The notes under the pieces: model-generated
Databases searched by the model: none
The model's input: only the letters and a program-made list of their open reading frames with translations
Told to the model about the DNA's origin: nothing
Part shown: positions 49,790 through 62,639 of the stretch, piece after piece
Layout of the letters: each line of letters begins with the position of its first letter
Position numbering within the stretch: position 1 is the first letter of the stretch
DNA from: Camelus dromedarius
Lineage: Eukaryota
DNA: 64,000 nucleotides
NCBI RefSeq assembly: GCF_036321535.1
Contig: NC_087437.1
Coordinates: 54,624,001-54,688,000 of the forward strand
Reading direction: 5' to 3'
Made by a program: the position numbers and the translations under genes

Positions 49790-51480
49790 GAGGAGGAAGA
49801 ATGTCACCTGTAATTCTGCCACCTAGATACAGGTACAACCTATCATTTTTGTATATTCCCTTCCAGTCTTTAGCTATCAGCAGAAATGACCATAGTGCTG
49901 GGTACAACTGGCATCATATATTAAGCATTTTCTGTATTGCTATGTATTCTTGAATGATTACAGTTTTAATATCTGTTTCATATTTCATTTAGTGGTTATG
50001 CCATATCTTAATTATTCCATTATTTTTATATATTGTTGTGATTTTTTTTTACTTTTTTACATAAACATAGCTTATTGGTTCATCAAAAATCTCTGACACG
50101 TCAGAGGGTTGAGATCTCAGGGTCAGAGGTTAACATTTTATGGTTATTCGGATTCACTGATGACTTGTGTCTAAAAGGAATATTTCTGTACCTCTGTAAC
50201 AGGAAGGTGGGAGTGAGTCAGTATCTCCCTGCCCCATGCCAGCATTACATGCTTTGTCTTCTTGGCATTAGCATGTCTTTAGTTTTTTTGAGGTTAAACA
50301 TGTTTTCTCATGTCTCATTTCTAGTTATATTTTGTTTATGTCATTTGAAAGTGAATACTTTGTGACCTATGAGAACCTATTCACAGCAAAACAAAGAGTA
50401 AATATTTTAATGAGAATTGTGCAGGGCTTGTTAAAGGAAGTTCTAGAACTTTCTGAGTCATACAAAGGAGCCCTTGAAGAAATGAGAGACATACCTTATT
50501 CCTAAATGGAAGTATAAAGGCTGTTAACTAGTTATTTTCCGCTACATTTTATGTAATCTCAACGCAACTCTCAAGTTAATTGTTCTTGAATCTTAACAAA
50601 AAAAAAAAATATTAAATTCTCTTGATAGCAAACAGGCAAAATAGCTAAGAGACATTTGAAAAACAAGAGTAATGAGGAACAGGGACCAGCCTGGCCAGAT
50701 GCTCAAGTAGATTATAAGGGAACCCCAGTTGAAGTGGTGAAGTGTTGGTGCTGGAGTAGAGGAAGGCCATTCCCTTAACATGACACATCCAGAAATGGAG
50801 CAAGGGAACGTGGAATTGAATATGCAAAAAAGGGACCACTTTGGAACATTCTGAAAAGGGAGGGTTCTTCTCGTGGCATTGGGATAATTGGTAGGCTTTC
50901 ATGAAAAAGTTACATCATGAATACAGATCAAAATAGACCTTGATATGAATTAAAGATCATGTTAAAAAAAAAAGACAACTAGCAAAAGCCTTTAATAAGA
51001 GAACAGGTTTATTATACCTGTAGTAATTGGAAACAAGAACTTTTTTTTTTTCCTCAAATTTTAGAACTGAGGTTGCAAAAATTTTCTGTAAAGGACCAGG
51101 TAGCAAATATTCTAGGCTCTGAGTTCGGAGCATCTCTGTCACAACTACTCAACTCTGCCATTGTGGCACCAAGGCAGCCATAGACAAGTCGTTGTACGTC
51201 TAATAAGGAGCTAGAGAATACATCTGTTTATAAGAAGAAACATAATATTGTGAGTGTCAGCTTCCTCACACATCTGTTCCCAAAGTGAATTTTATGTATC
51301 TTTACATTTTTTGCCAAATTGTGTGTGAAAAGTAGTATCTCCTTGCTGGTTTAATTTGCATTTCTCTGCTACTGAAGTATTATACATGTATATTTTATTA
51401 TTATTATCATTTACTGTGTCTGTTTGCCATTGAGGTCTCCTCTTCAGTGAATTACAGGTGGGGTTAATTTGTCTCTCTTG
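49790..51480. mobile_element. Degenerate old L1 (L1ME-like) mosaic: antisense 3' UTR pieces (49790-50350, 51260-51480) around a sense ORF2 remnant (~50380-51050)
   Basis: tcacctgtaattctgccacctaga; aaatgagagacataccttattcc; catccagaaatgga; tgggataattggta; gtatctccttgctggtttaatttgcatttctctg. Confidence 0.65.
51067..51206. mobile_element. MER58A fragment (hAT-Charlie)
   Basis: gcaaaattttctgtaaaggaccaggtagcaaatattctaggct...tctctgtcacaactactcaactctgccattgtggcaccaaggcagccatagacaa. Confidence 0.88.
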
Positions 51481-52399
51481 TTTCATCTTCTTATCACCCG
51501 ATGTCCCATGGCCCTGGAGACCCGTGGTATCTCCAGACCAGTGCAGATCAGCAGGGCACCATTTCGCCTCATGAATTATAACTCTTCCTCCAACTCCGTG
51601 CTCAAGGGCCCAGGACTGGATTTTCAGTTCAGATCTTACCTGTGTCCCTGGCTGGCTGCTTGCCAAATAGACTGACACTGGGGGACCACCTTGTCCCTCC
51701 GTCCTGAGTGGTTTTGGCTGTGTTGACCTATTGCTTGGCTGCCCCCAGCTCCTTTAGAGTTAGTTGTTGCCTGAATGTTACCTGAACCTGCCGACGTCCT
51801 GTGGGCCCTGAAATCCAATTGTGGGCAAGATCTGCCTTTGCATTTCTGTCCATCCTGGTGAGAAAATCTAGAGCTTGACCCTAACTCTCCAACTGCATTA
51901 CATTAAAGAGCGATCAGAATTCTGTTTCCCTCCTGAGTGATGATAGATTGTTCGATTTTCCAAGAGATCTGACTGAGAAGGTGGTAGAGTCGCTTACACA
52001 GAAATGCTTGGAGGACACACGCTGTGAGATTATGGTCATGGCACAGGCGGGGTCGTCGCTTTCTTGGTTCGGCGTCTCCCTGAGCCTGCTGCGCTGCTCC
52101 GCTCCTGCCCCTCCCCGCAGCCTTTCCATTGCTGTGTGTGTGCTGCAGGAACTGAGACCATCATGGCAGAGCTGAGCTGGTTTCTCTTCTCTTTTGGACA
52201 TCATTGTTTGTCACATATCTGATCACCATTTCTTCCTCCTGATCATAAAATCGTAAAATCACTGCTATATTTATATTTCCTTTAGCTGCCTGAGCTCGCA
52301 AAGTACCCTTCACTGCTGTCCTTTGAAATTCCTTTACTAATAATCTTTCTTCATGTATGTGTGTGTGTGTGTATAAAATCTGCTGTTTATGAAATGCTC

Positions 52400-52580
52400 T
52401 AGTGTCCAGTATGTCACTTGATCCTCATAAGCGCCTGTGACGTAAGCAGGGCAGAGACTGCTGTGTCCATTTTATAGATGAGGAAACGAAGGCCCAATGA
52501 GGTCTGGAAGGCCCTGACCGAGGCCATCCTTGCAGCTGATAGCAGAACTTCCTTTAAACGCATGATCTTGACTCCCCTGA
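52400..52580 (-). mobile_element. MIR SINE
   Basis: cacttgatcctcataagcgcctgtga...ccattttatagatgaggaaacgaaggccca. Confidence 0.8.
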
Positions 52581-53429
52581 CATTTTTCTTCCTGTTCACA
52601 GAACTGCTTCTCTTTTATGAGTTTCAGGGATTTTCTTGTCCATGACACGAAGAAATTAGTGGCTTTTTCTTGAGCGAGCTAACTGTGATTGCCTTTGTTG
52701 AATGCTTCTTGCAGTCTGCTATTGGTCTGAGTACTTTCAGAGAAGACAGTGCATGTAAATATTCCCCTTTTATTGAGACTGTAAGGCAGCATTTTCAAAG
52801 AAGACAGAGACCCTGAAGAAACTGTGTTTGTTGTCTGAGATTCCTAACAACCACTGCAACCATGATTTGGGGTTTTTTCCTGAGGTTTTCTAGTTGTAGG
52901 CTGCCACAGCACTTAGCATTTGGGGGTCACAGATTCCTGTTCCTATTTTAACACTGTGAGGTTTGTGTGTTATGTGACCTTTGTGTTCTGACCTTAAGGT
53001 TTAGGGAACTGAAAATTTAGGAAGTTTTGTTAGGACCTGAATCCAAGTAAGTTCCCTGATAAGTACAGAGACTCACAGAATTGTGGAATGTTAGAGTTTA
53101 AAGGGACTTTCATCCATCTGGCCCCCTGAATTTGAAAATGTGGCCAATTAGTGATAAAGCTGAGGCTGAGATGCTGGGGTCGGATTAGGCTTCCTGCTGC
53201 CTTGTGCCATGTCAGGACATGCCTCTCCTGCTGTGTCCTGCCTCTTCCCGGCAGCTCTGAGAGGGCTGGCGCTGTGTCTGCTCTGGGCCTGGCTCTGCTC
53301 CCTAGCGATGAGCAGAGGGCTTTGCAGAGACATTGAAGATTTCTTTTTGCAATGAGTGATTTGCACCTGTCTCTTGCTGAGAAAATATCATTGCTGTCTG
53401 TTGGCAAACAAAATTTTAAGGATATGGGG

Positions 53430-54011
53430 TGGGGGTTTGGTCAGGATTGATGATGGGAAACAAATCACTCTAGATATTTTAAGCACAAAGATTTTAATAC
53501 AGGGTGTGAGGTGCTTCAAAATCATTGGAAGGATTGTTTAGAGCAGGCTGTTGGCTAAGCTCCCAGTAATGATCCCAGAACCATACAAAATTACTAGGTT
53601 TTCCTGATTGGGATATTGGAGATGCATGAGGCTACCGTGGAACACAATGGTGTTCAAGACGGCAGCATTGTACCTGTGAACCAGAGGTTAAGAAGCCACG
53701 ATTGGGAAGGTAGTAACTGGACCCTGAAACATGGAGTCCAGCTGCTCTCTCTGCCACAGCTGCTTCTTGACAACCCCAAGGCTGAAGGCCAAATATGGGA
53801 CTGTGGAGGCAGAAAAACCCCCATCTCCATGGCCGTGCTTCCAGCAGAAAGCACACCAGAACCACAGATCACGGCCTCCACCTTACTTTTGTCTTCCAAG
53901 TCTCAAGTCGGCAGGTATATTTTGCCAGATCTTTTTTGCAAACAAACCCTACCCTGCAAGGCAGCCTCTGCAATATGGCAAGGTCGAGCGCCATTCACCA
54001 TACCCATCACA
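53430..54011. mobile_element. Old eutherian solo LTR (family not pinned; LTR78/79-like opening)
   Basis: gtcaggattgatgatgggaaacaaatcactctagatattttaagcacaaagattttaatacaggg...gtgcttcaaaatcattggaagg; ends ...ccctaccctgcaagg...atacccatcaca. Confidence 0.55.
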
Positions 54012-55124
54012 GTAAGGGCTATCGTTGTCATGTTTGGGGCATGTCTTCCATAGGCTCTGTGTGTGGCTGATACTAAATTGAGGATGGATTAACACTTATG
54101 TTCCGTTAGATCTCTATTTGTTAGTGTAATTAATTATATAACAGAAGGAAAGGCAACAGTTTTACTTTAGGGAATCCCTAAGGGGAATTCCTATTTGTCA
54201 GAAAAAAAAAATGCCATAAGGAGGGAAGATCCTGAGCTGGGAGAGTATTCTAAACTGTTTTGGTTTCAAACATCTTGGAAAGTACTACAAGGAGACGTTC
54301 AGTATTATGATACAACAGTGCTTACCATATCTAGGGGGAGTTCCCTCTTTGGCAAGTGTTGTCAACTTTCCGTCTTGAATGCTTCGCCTCTTCCCCCGCC
54401 CCTGTGGAATATACATTTGGACTTTGCAAGGGAAATCAATATAAAATAGCTTATTTAAAGTAAATTAAGTAGGCGTATAGCCTATGGGCCTGCACTGAAC
54501 TCTTTTGACTTCATCTCCCTTAACTCTTGTGTAACCCCTAGTTAAAAATGTAAAACATTTATAGGTAATCTCCTCCACCTTTACTCTTGTACCCTAGTGA
54601 ATACATTTGGACACATTTCATTTCTCTTTCTTGTCCATTCTCTAATCTTTCCTGTTCCAAATTAAGAATTAGGCAAACCCGTTGTCTTTCTACTTGAAAC
54701 CAGGTAGACATGATAAAATCACTGGTAATATTGATGGTCATGGGGACAGGAGTGGGCAGGGGATAAAGCTATAATTGAAGAAAATAGTCTGATATTCTTG
54801 GAATAGGTGATGTTCTTTGCGTCAGGAGAAAGAGGCCGAGTGAGTAGGGCAGTTGGTACCAGGTTCTTCTAGATTTCTGCCTATCCTTTTCCTCTGCACG
54901 ATCATTCTGCTCCATTTTCCCCTTCTTACTGGGAAGCATGTGCTTCCGGAGCAGGGAAACCCCCAAGACCTCCTCCATTCCCCTTGCTAGCCGCTCTGCC
55001 CTCGTGGCAATTGCAGTAATAAATTTAAAGTGGGGGGGGGGGTTTGGCTGTGTGGAGAAGAAGCTACGTGCTCAATATTCTCTTGGATGCAGTGACCAAA
55101 ACCTCATTGCTACTGTGTTAGAAG

Positions 55125-55239
55125 TAAAGTGACTGTGTAAAAGGCACTGCCTACATTGGGGCACTTTTGAGAGTGAAAGGGGGCACTATTAATAATTACA
55201 TGGAAACAGCAGGCGTAAGTTGGATGTATGGTCACCCTA
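55125..55239. mobile_element. MER94 (hAT-Blackjack) MITE
   Basis: ggggcacttttgagagtgaaagggggcactattaataattac...acagcaggcgtaa...gtatggtcacccta. Confidence 0.85.
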
Positions 55240-55442
55240 ATTATAAGGGATTGTGGAGAACAGTGTTTGAAATATGAGCTGATACGATTCAGAAGCAGAA
55301 CATAACTCTTTATATTCCCAAACCTTTAAGCTTATCTTCCCTTTTTCATAATAATCACTTGCTATGCACTGATGACAGAGCCTGTAGTTGTAGGCGCCAT
55401 TTTTGTTCTCTATTTCCTCACAACCACTGTAATATTTTAGAG

Positions 55443-55669
55443 CAGTGGGTTTTCAGCCTGTCCTCTAGTATAGTTCTCATAGGAGGACCAAGGAAGTAAT
55501 ACATTTTATACTCCCCCCACAACTGAAGTGTATTCTGCCGAAGGATGAAGATTTAAATAAAGTCCGAGGAACTGTTCTCTCAATTTGTCTATTTTTATTC
55601 TTGAGATTTTCTTAAAGATTTGACATGAAGAAACAATTGTTTTGCTACAGAAAAGTTTGAAAACTACTG
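55443..55669. mobile_element. hAT-Charlie-type MITE
   Basis: TIR pair cagtgggttttca ... tttgaaaactactg; family not pinned. Confidence 0.55.
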
Positions 55670-55789
55670 GTTCGAGATTTTAAATTTTATGTTACTGTTC
55701 TAAAGCTGTAAGGCCAATTGGGAAAAAAGAGAATAGGACTTTTTAAACTTGAAACACAGAAAAAAATTATGTAGGAAACTAAAGCAATA

Positions 55790-55995
55790 TTTTACCTATC
55801 CAGAGGGCTGCCATGTGTAAGTGGGCTTGTGATTCCAAGGCAAAGGCAGGACCGATCGGTGGTTCCTAAAGGAATACAGGTTTCAGCCTTGGGTAACGTT
55901 CTAGCAGTTACAACTTTTCTGCCATGGAAGGAAGGGGCTGGGCTGCCTTGTGAGGTAATGACCTCCTGGTCATTGGCGTGGACAAGCAAACTCAC
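55790..55995 (+). mobile_element. L3/CR1 LINE 3' fragment
   Basis: agggctgccatgtg...aggcaggaccgatcggtgg...tgggctgccttgtgaggtaatgacctcctggtcattgg...caagca. Confidence 0.75.
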
Positions 55996-56126
55996 AGAGG
56001 GTGGTTGCGTTTCAACTTCAGCTCTGCATTAGAAGAAATACCTTCATTAACAATTTCATGCTTCTTGGGTATTAAACTTCTGTATTGGTGAATAAGTTGT
56101 TAGCTACCACCTCACATATGTCTGAA

Positions 56127-56166
56127 GTGTGTGTGTGTGTGTGGGTGTGTGTGTGTGTGTGTGTGT
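56127..56166. repeat. (GT)n microsatellite with one interruption
   Basis: Direct reading. Confidence 0.95.
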
Positions 56167-57859
56167 TTTATTCCCAATTTAGTACATTCTTCACCTGTGG
56201 CATTGTCTTTTTTGCGCGGTAGTCAGTAACTGATAAAAATGCAGAAGGCACAACATGAGCACTCTCATCGAGAGAAATTTGAAAGGGAATAACATCCACT
56301 CATGTCATTCTGAAACTGATCCGAAACAGCCTGGCTCGTTTTTACTCAGCGGCTATTGGTCGATGCTTTTACAGATTTTTTTTCTCTGTTTCAAAGTCTT
56401 GAAATAAAAGTGGAACAACTTCCAACACGAATTAAGAAGGTCACCGATTGAAAATGGTTTCAATTGTTTTGCTATTAAATGTGAAATTGCAAAACTAGCC
56501 CCTTTTACACAGTTTGAATTTATAGCACATTCAATGAGAAGCCTGTCTGTTTTTCATACCATTTCAAATACTGAGAAATTTCTCCAGGCTCTTGGATTTG
56601 TGATAAACAAAAAGTATTACTTCAGAGTATATAATGCAGGAAGTTGCATCTCTTTGTTTTTTAAAACTGTATCTCATGGTCCTTGAAGGGTGAACATTTG
56701 TACCTCTTCTCCCCACTTCCCCTTTATTTTTCCAATGACTGGGTATTTTAATTTAATTTAGCAATATCCTTATATTTTAACCATAGAATGAAATAGATTT
56801 TTGGGTTTAAGATAAATTTAAGATGAAAAGTAAGTATTAGAGAAATAAATTAATTTGGAAACTTTAATTTATAATAATCATACTATCTAAATTCAGTAAT
56901 GTTGAATTGATTCAAATTATAGTGCCCAAACTCTATGCAAAGGCTCTGAGCTAGTTTACAACTAGTAGTTGAAACAATAGGATACAAACAGCACGGTTGA
57001 TGGGTGACAGTTTTGTGAGCAATATAACGTTCAGAAGGGTGAAAGGTGACGGTTCACTCTCTGTCCTGTGGCTGTGATTACTCTTGGCAGGTTATGTGGC
57101 CTGAGTAAACATTGCTTCACAGAGTCACACGTAATAGTGTCAGATGTAAATATGGCCTGAGATTTGTCAACATTCTTATCTTCATTGAAGACAAAATATT
57201 TCTACTTTTTCAAATTCTATCTAAAACAGAGTTTTTTCCCCTCTTATTCAATCTACTTTTATTGAGATATCAAAGTGAATTTGTAATAAAGGAAAGTCCA
57301 AAATTATTTAAAAAGTCAAGATCAATGAAAACATCCCTCAAGTGCTAGTAATATTCTGTAACCTGTGTAAATGGTACAACAGACTTGTACACAGATAACT
57401 AATAAAACATGGTGCTCATGTGTTTTAACACAAGTTTGAACAAGGTGTCAAGGGAACGCAGACAATGAACAGCAATTCACTTGTGGACCTGCCCGCTTAG
57501 CAGTGAGTTTGGAATGAGAGGATTCCAGATACTACCAAGGAGACTGCCAGGCCTTGTTAGAGGTGATACTGGTGATTTCTCCCATGGCCACTGTTTCATC
57601 CTAGTGCAGGGGCACGATATAAATCAGGGTTTTAAACCCTTGTGAATCACTCAGATTCTCATTTTTGTAAATCCAGATTTCCACTTTTGGAAGTAGATTT
57701 ACTGAGCTCCAGGGGCTCAAGGTATTGTTTACCTCTTTTTTTCTCGGCCTTGTACAGAAAAAGTCTGTTAGAATCAGGGACTTAAAAGAAACCTTTAAGA
57801 ACATTTTTTTTTTTTTATGAGCACAGCACACTCCAAGACTAGCCATACCATTATAGAAC

Positions 57860-59050
57860 ATAACATGTTGAAAGAGGGTATTTTGGAGATCATCTTCCTA
57901 ATGCTTGTTATTTTAGAGCTAGAGAGTTTGAGGTCCAGAGAGGGTAAATATTTTCTTGGTCACTTAGCCAAGGAGACCCACTGTCATTATATGTGACCTA
58001 GAGTGCAAGGTTGGGATCTCATGACTTCTGTGCTGATTTTCAGTGGTGTGGGTGCTGACTCTTCTGGAAGAGAAATTCTTTACTCCTGTGTCTATTTCTG
58101 TGCCTCTTTCTAGTTATAATCCAGCCATCAGTGGAGCTTCTCACTTGTTTAATGAAACTTTGCCACTGCGCATGCTTTCTGGAAGCAGAACAGCTGGGTT
58201 TGAATCTAGCCTTCAGCATGCACTGGCTGCTGTGTTACCTGCCATAGGCTCCGTCAGCTTTTCTAAATCTTGGTTGTTGAATATTCAAATTAGAAGGAAC
58301 AGATTGGTCCCTAAGATTTCTCCAAGCTGGGACTCCCTGTGACTTCTTGGCCATGGAGTAGCCTGTCCTGGGTGTTGTCACCTGGTTGTGGCAAATAAAA
58401 ACCAGCGAGTTAGTAATTGGTTTGGTTCTATTCTCTCTCCTTTATCTTCTCCTGCGGTCCTGGTCTCCCAGTGCTGTTGTTTCCCTGTCAGGGTTGATTG
58501 TTCCCTTTCCATGTGACATTCTGAATGTGAAGTGACAGTGCAGTGTGGAGTATGTCTCTTTTCTGCCTCACTTCTTTATCAGAGACAAGTGTTCACTTAA
58601 ATGGACTGACTGATGCCTCTCTGCTTCTTAGTTTACTGGGATCTGCAAACGTAGTTGGGTTTTTCTTGCCACCAGCTGTGTTGCTGGTTGCTGGGATGGC
58701 GCCGTAGCGTTGACTTGTATTCACACCAACTGGGTGCAAAGCAGGTTGGCATTTAGTATGTTGATTCCTTGCCTGCATCCCTTCACTCTACAATCGCTGG
58801 GCAGTGAGGTTCACAGGCGTGAAGACAGGTTTGTAAGAAACCTCTGCTCACTCAGCTGGCAGACGTGGAGGAGGAATCATGGAACATGGGAGCTGGGAGG
58901 AATGGTAGTAGGCATCTAATCTTTAGTGCAAACACTGAGGCTCAAGGAGGTCAAGGGACTAATGTCCTAGAGCCAGTGCGTGGCTGAGCTAGAAACTGCG
59001 CCCAAGTCCTCTGCCTCTCAGTCCGATGTTTTTTCCAGTATTTCCAACTG
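57860..59050. mobile_element. Three MIR fragments (- 57860-58060; + 58180-58340; - 58915-59050) separated by unique sequence
   Basis: ttggagatcatct...tgaggtccagagagggtaaat; ctgggtttgaatctagc...ggtccctaagatttctccaagct; cactgaggctcaaggaggtcaagggact...gctgagctagaaactgcgcccaagtcctctgcctctcagtcc. Confidence 0.65.
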
Positions 59051-60889
59051 TCTCTCAGATAGTCTATATAAAGGTCTGGCATTTCTGTAGAGTTGTTCTC
59101 TAGTCACCCCTTCTGAGTGACGCCAGCTGTCCATGTGGAGAGCGGGGCACTTAGCCAGGGCCGGGCCAGAGCTGCCTGGAAAGAGGAGTGGAGCGAATGC
59201 ATTGACATTTTAAGCCCATGGCAGGTCCTGCTTTGCCTTTCCGGCTCTCATCTGACCTGATGCTTCAGAGGAAGAGTGATTAGATTTGCTGTTCAACCAA
59301 CAATTGTGTGCAATTTTCAGCCTGCCTTGTTCTTGAACGTTGTCTTCCCACGCTTCCATCACACGCCACAGCATATCTGCTTCGTAATTACACTGCTATG
59401 GTCTTACCTCCACCGGTTGGAAAAGGTTTGCCAAAAGTACTTATTTACTTGCACATAATAAATCTTGATTGATACCTTGGTAATCTCTGAGATCAATCTA
59501 AGATTCCCTCCCACAATGGGGAGGATCGAGGAGTCAGAGGAAAGGGTGACACAGAAAGAAGGGAAAAAAAGGGGACCATGCTTTCTCATTGATGAGCTAA
59601 GAGGAGAGTTACAGATGACTTGGCTCTGTGGCCGACTTCTGCTTGTTTCTGTCCAGTTCTGCCGTCAGGGCCTTCCTTGGACAGGTGACTTTGTGAGTAG
59701 AGTCGCTGTTAATATTCATCTAATAATCTGCTGCATCATTTTTGAAGGAGGACACCATGATCCCAGAGAGAGCAAAGGTGGCACTGTGAACTCATGGCAT
59801 AGCTAAGACTGGAAGCTGCGTGTGAATTCAGAAGGTCAGGCATCCTCTAGCTGAGGACCAAGTTGCAGAAAAGGGTAATTAGCCCTAGCTTAGGGAGGGC
59901 AGCACAGTGTACCATTTTAATAGACCCTTAGGAAAGCAGTTTTGAAATTCTAGGAAGACACTGACTTTTATATAAAGAGGGAAGATAGTGAAAAATCTCC
60001 GAAGGTAGAGGAAAGTGTTATTTAAATCTTAATTGCTTGTTTAAGTGGAGAAAATGTCACTATGGAACATGAATCCTAAACTGTAGTTGACCGTCAGCTA
60101 CTTCTGATGTTTAAGTCACAAAGCCCCGCGGCCTCTCAGTTCTTCTGCCAATAAAATAGTGATGTTAACACCCGTCTCTTCCTTCAATATCGTTCATTTA
60201 TTCAGCAAACATTGACCAAGAGCCAGGCCTTGAGTTAATTGCCAAGGGAGATTTAAGGACTAATGCAACATGATTTAAAGATTAATATAAACGTTCTAAG
60301 TCAATTATTCGCAACCCTTTAATCAAGATACGGACATAAAGATTTCCTGATGAATCTAGTGTGCAGTTTTGAAAATCCCTTTTTTAAGCTCATCATACTT
60401 GGTGTTAGATAATACCATGCAATGGTTGGTTGTTTTTAAATTTTGGTGATCTGTGTAAATATTTAAAGAGTATGATATTGATTTTAGAAAAGCAAAACTG
60501 GAGCAAACACTAGTTCATTCTATTTTTGTGGATGGCAGTGATTTGTCACTCACATGCTATCTTTAGAGGAGCTTGGTAGCTTTTTTTAGTATTACATGTC
60601 ACTTTCTCTGCAGCCCTAAGTTTTCCCACCTGTGGAGAAAGGGTCTTGGTCATCATATGGCCTTTTGCAGTTGTTTGCGTTTTGTTGTGCCACATCAGGT
60701 TGGCCAGACTTTTGGATTCATCAGTGTGTGATCATCAGGGTCATGATAGCAAGATTTGACGGAAAGAAATAGAGAAGACATTATGGCAGGAAGGAACCAG
60801 AAGCTGGGAATGGAGATAAAAGCAAAATCTGCTGTTTCTCAGTGATAACTTTCTTTGGATTGTGATGTTTTCCTTTTTCCTCCAGATAG

Positions 60890-61120
60890 CTAGTAGTACC
60901 ATGGTGAAGACCAAGGATTTGGGGTCAAAGACTTGTGCTCAGGCTTCAGCTCTGCTATTTGTTCAGCTTTGAGCAACTTGTTTAATTCTTACAGCCTTGC
61001 TTTCTGGATCTGCTAAACGTGGAGAATGGTAACCCTACCCCATATAATAGTCAGGATAATTACATGGCCATTAGAAAATTGCTCGGCGTACAGTTAGTCG
61101 TCAGAAAACACTTGCTGTTT
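60890..61120 (+). mobile_element. MIR SINE
   Basis: tggtgaagaccaaggatttggggtcaaagacttgtg...cagctctgctattt...tttgagcaacttgtttaa...ggagaatggtaaccctaccccata. Confidence 0.7.
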
Positions 61121-61899
61121 CTATTCAGCCTGTAGCTTTCTTGTACCCACTGAACAGCTAGTAGGAGAAGACAGAAGAGTGACAGAGCGGCAAAAAGTGA
61201 AACCTCTTAGGTTCTTCTTAATTGCTTTGCATCTGATGACAGTTCCTGAAAGACCAGCGGTTCGGGAGCCCCAGCTCTTTAACTTGCTTCGGTTGTAGGC
61301 ATCTTGCTTAGCTGAGGGCCACTTCTCTTGTTTTCCTCTCTTCTGATGGTGTTTGTGCATTTTCAGAGCCCCTGTGGAGATCTTCCCTTTCACTTCTTGC
61401 TTTCATGATGATTATAAGCTTAGAGTGAAACCAATCTAGAACCAGAGGAAGTAAGAGCAGAGTAAGTTTTGATCCAGCAAAACTAGCTCTCACCAGTGCT
61501 TATCTTTGTGTTTACAATGGGTCTCTTTCTGAGAAGCTGAGAAACCCCAGGGAAATGTTCTAGTTTGTCCGTTCACTAAACTTGTAAGGTTTTCTCAAAC
61601 ACATTTATCAAAATGAAGGGCTGTAATTAAGATTACAAGGAAGGAAAGTGCTACAGAATATTAGAGCCGATGGGGACTTTGCATTCATTCTGCAAATGAG
61701 TATCCTCTCTTGTTAAAGGTCACACTGTCAAAGCTGCAACTGGAACTGGGGTCGCAGGGACTCTCTGTCTGTTCAGCTGCATTTATCACCTTCCTTGGGT
61801 CCATCTTGCATGGATTTGTTTTTCTTACGTAGAGTTTTCACTCCTGTTAGATTCCTGGTTCAAAGATAAAAGTTCTAGCTTCTTACTTCTCTGTATAAG

Positions 61900-62600
61900 G
61901 CCTTTAAAAAGTAAAGCTCATTTAATCTTCCCAATCTCTTCCCCCAGTATTTTCTTGAGTCCCTCATTTCGATACAACTGGCCTGCTCCCTGTCCCACAG
62001 AAATGCTTTGCTACTCCCTTCAGTTCACAGTATTTTTAGGCATGATCCTTGTTGCTTGTTCCATTTATCCTCCAGAGCCAGCCAGCCTTCAGAGTCCTTG
62101 CGAATGACAACCCCCGTGCTGGGATCCTGCGACGAATCGCAGTTGGTGTTTTGTTGTTGTTGTTGGGGGTAGGGGTATACCGTGTGTTACTCTCTTTTTA
62201 CATAGAAGAAATGCGTCTTCCTCAGATAAGCTTTATATTCCTTGAATACAGGATGACAGTCTGATTTATCTGAGTACAGGATGAGACTTTGCTTCATCTT
62301 GAGTTCCAGTGCTAGGAATAAATGAATAAATGAGTGAATGAATAAATAATGAATGAATAACAAACATTTTTATTGAGTGCATATCATGTTTTGGGCCCTG
62401 ATTAGAGAATGATAATTACTTCTGCTCTCAAGAATTTAAGAGTTTATTTTGTGATAGGCAAGCAGAGAGACAGAGTGACATGTGATGAGTGTAATGACAG
62501 CAGTGTTCCGGGTGCTGTGGAAGTGTGGTTAAAGGGTACATAACTTGAACTGGAGGATGGAGAATGTGAATTTTGCCTTTAAGGATTAGTGGGAATTGAT
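61900..62600. mobile_element. Two L2 fragments in tail-to-tail orientation sharing a (GAAT)n tract at ~62315-62360
   Basis: gataagctttatattccttgaatacaggatg...ccagtgctagg-gaataaatgaat (+) then aacaaacatttttattgagtgc...ctgctctcaagaattta (-). Confidence 0.6.
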
Positions 62601-62639
62601 GCTCAGGATCCAAATAATACATAGTAGATGAGACATCAT

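Noticed and set aside
53616..54070. Five overlapping ORFs including one of 145 aa
   Set aside because: Lie almost entirely inside the old solo LTR
62280..62420. Tail-to-tail L2 junction as a miRNA-like hairpin
   Set aside because: Arms are too diverged to form a long stem by eye
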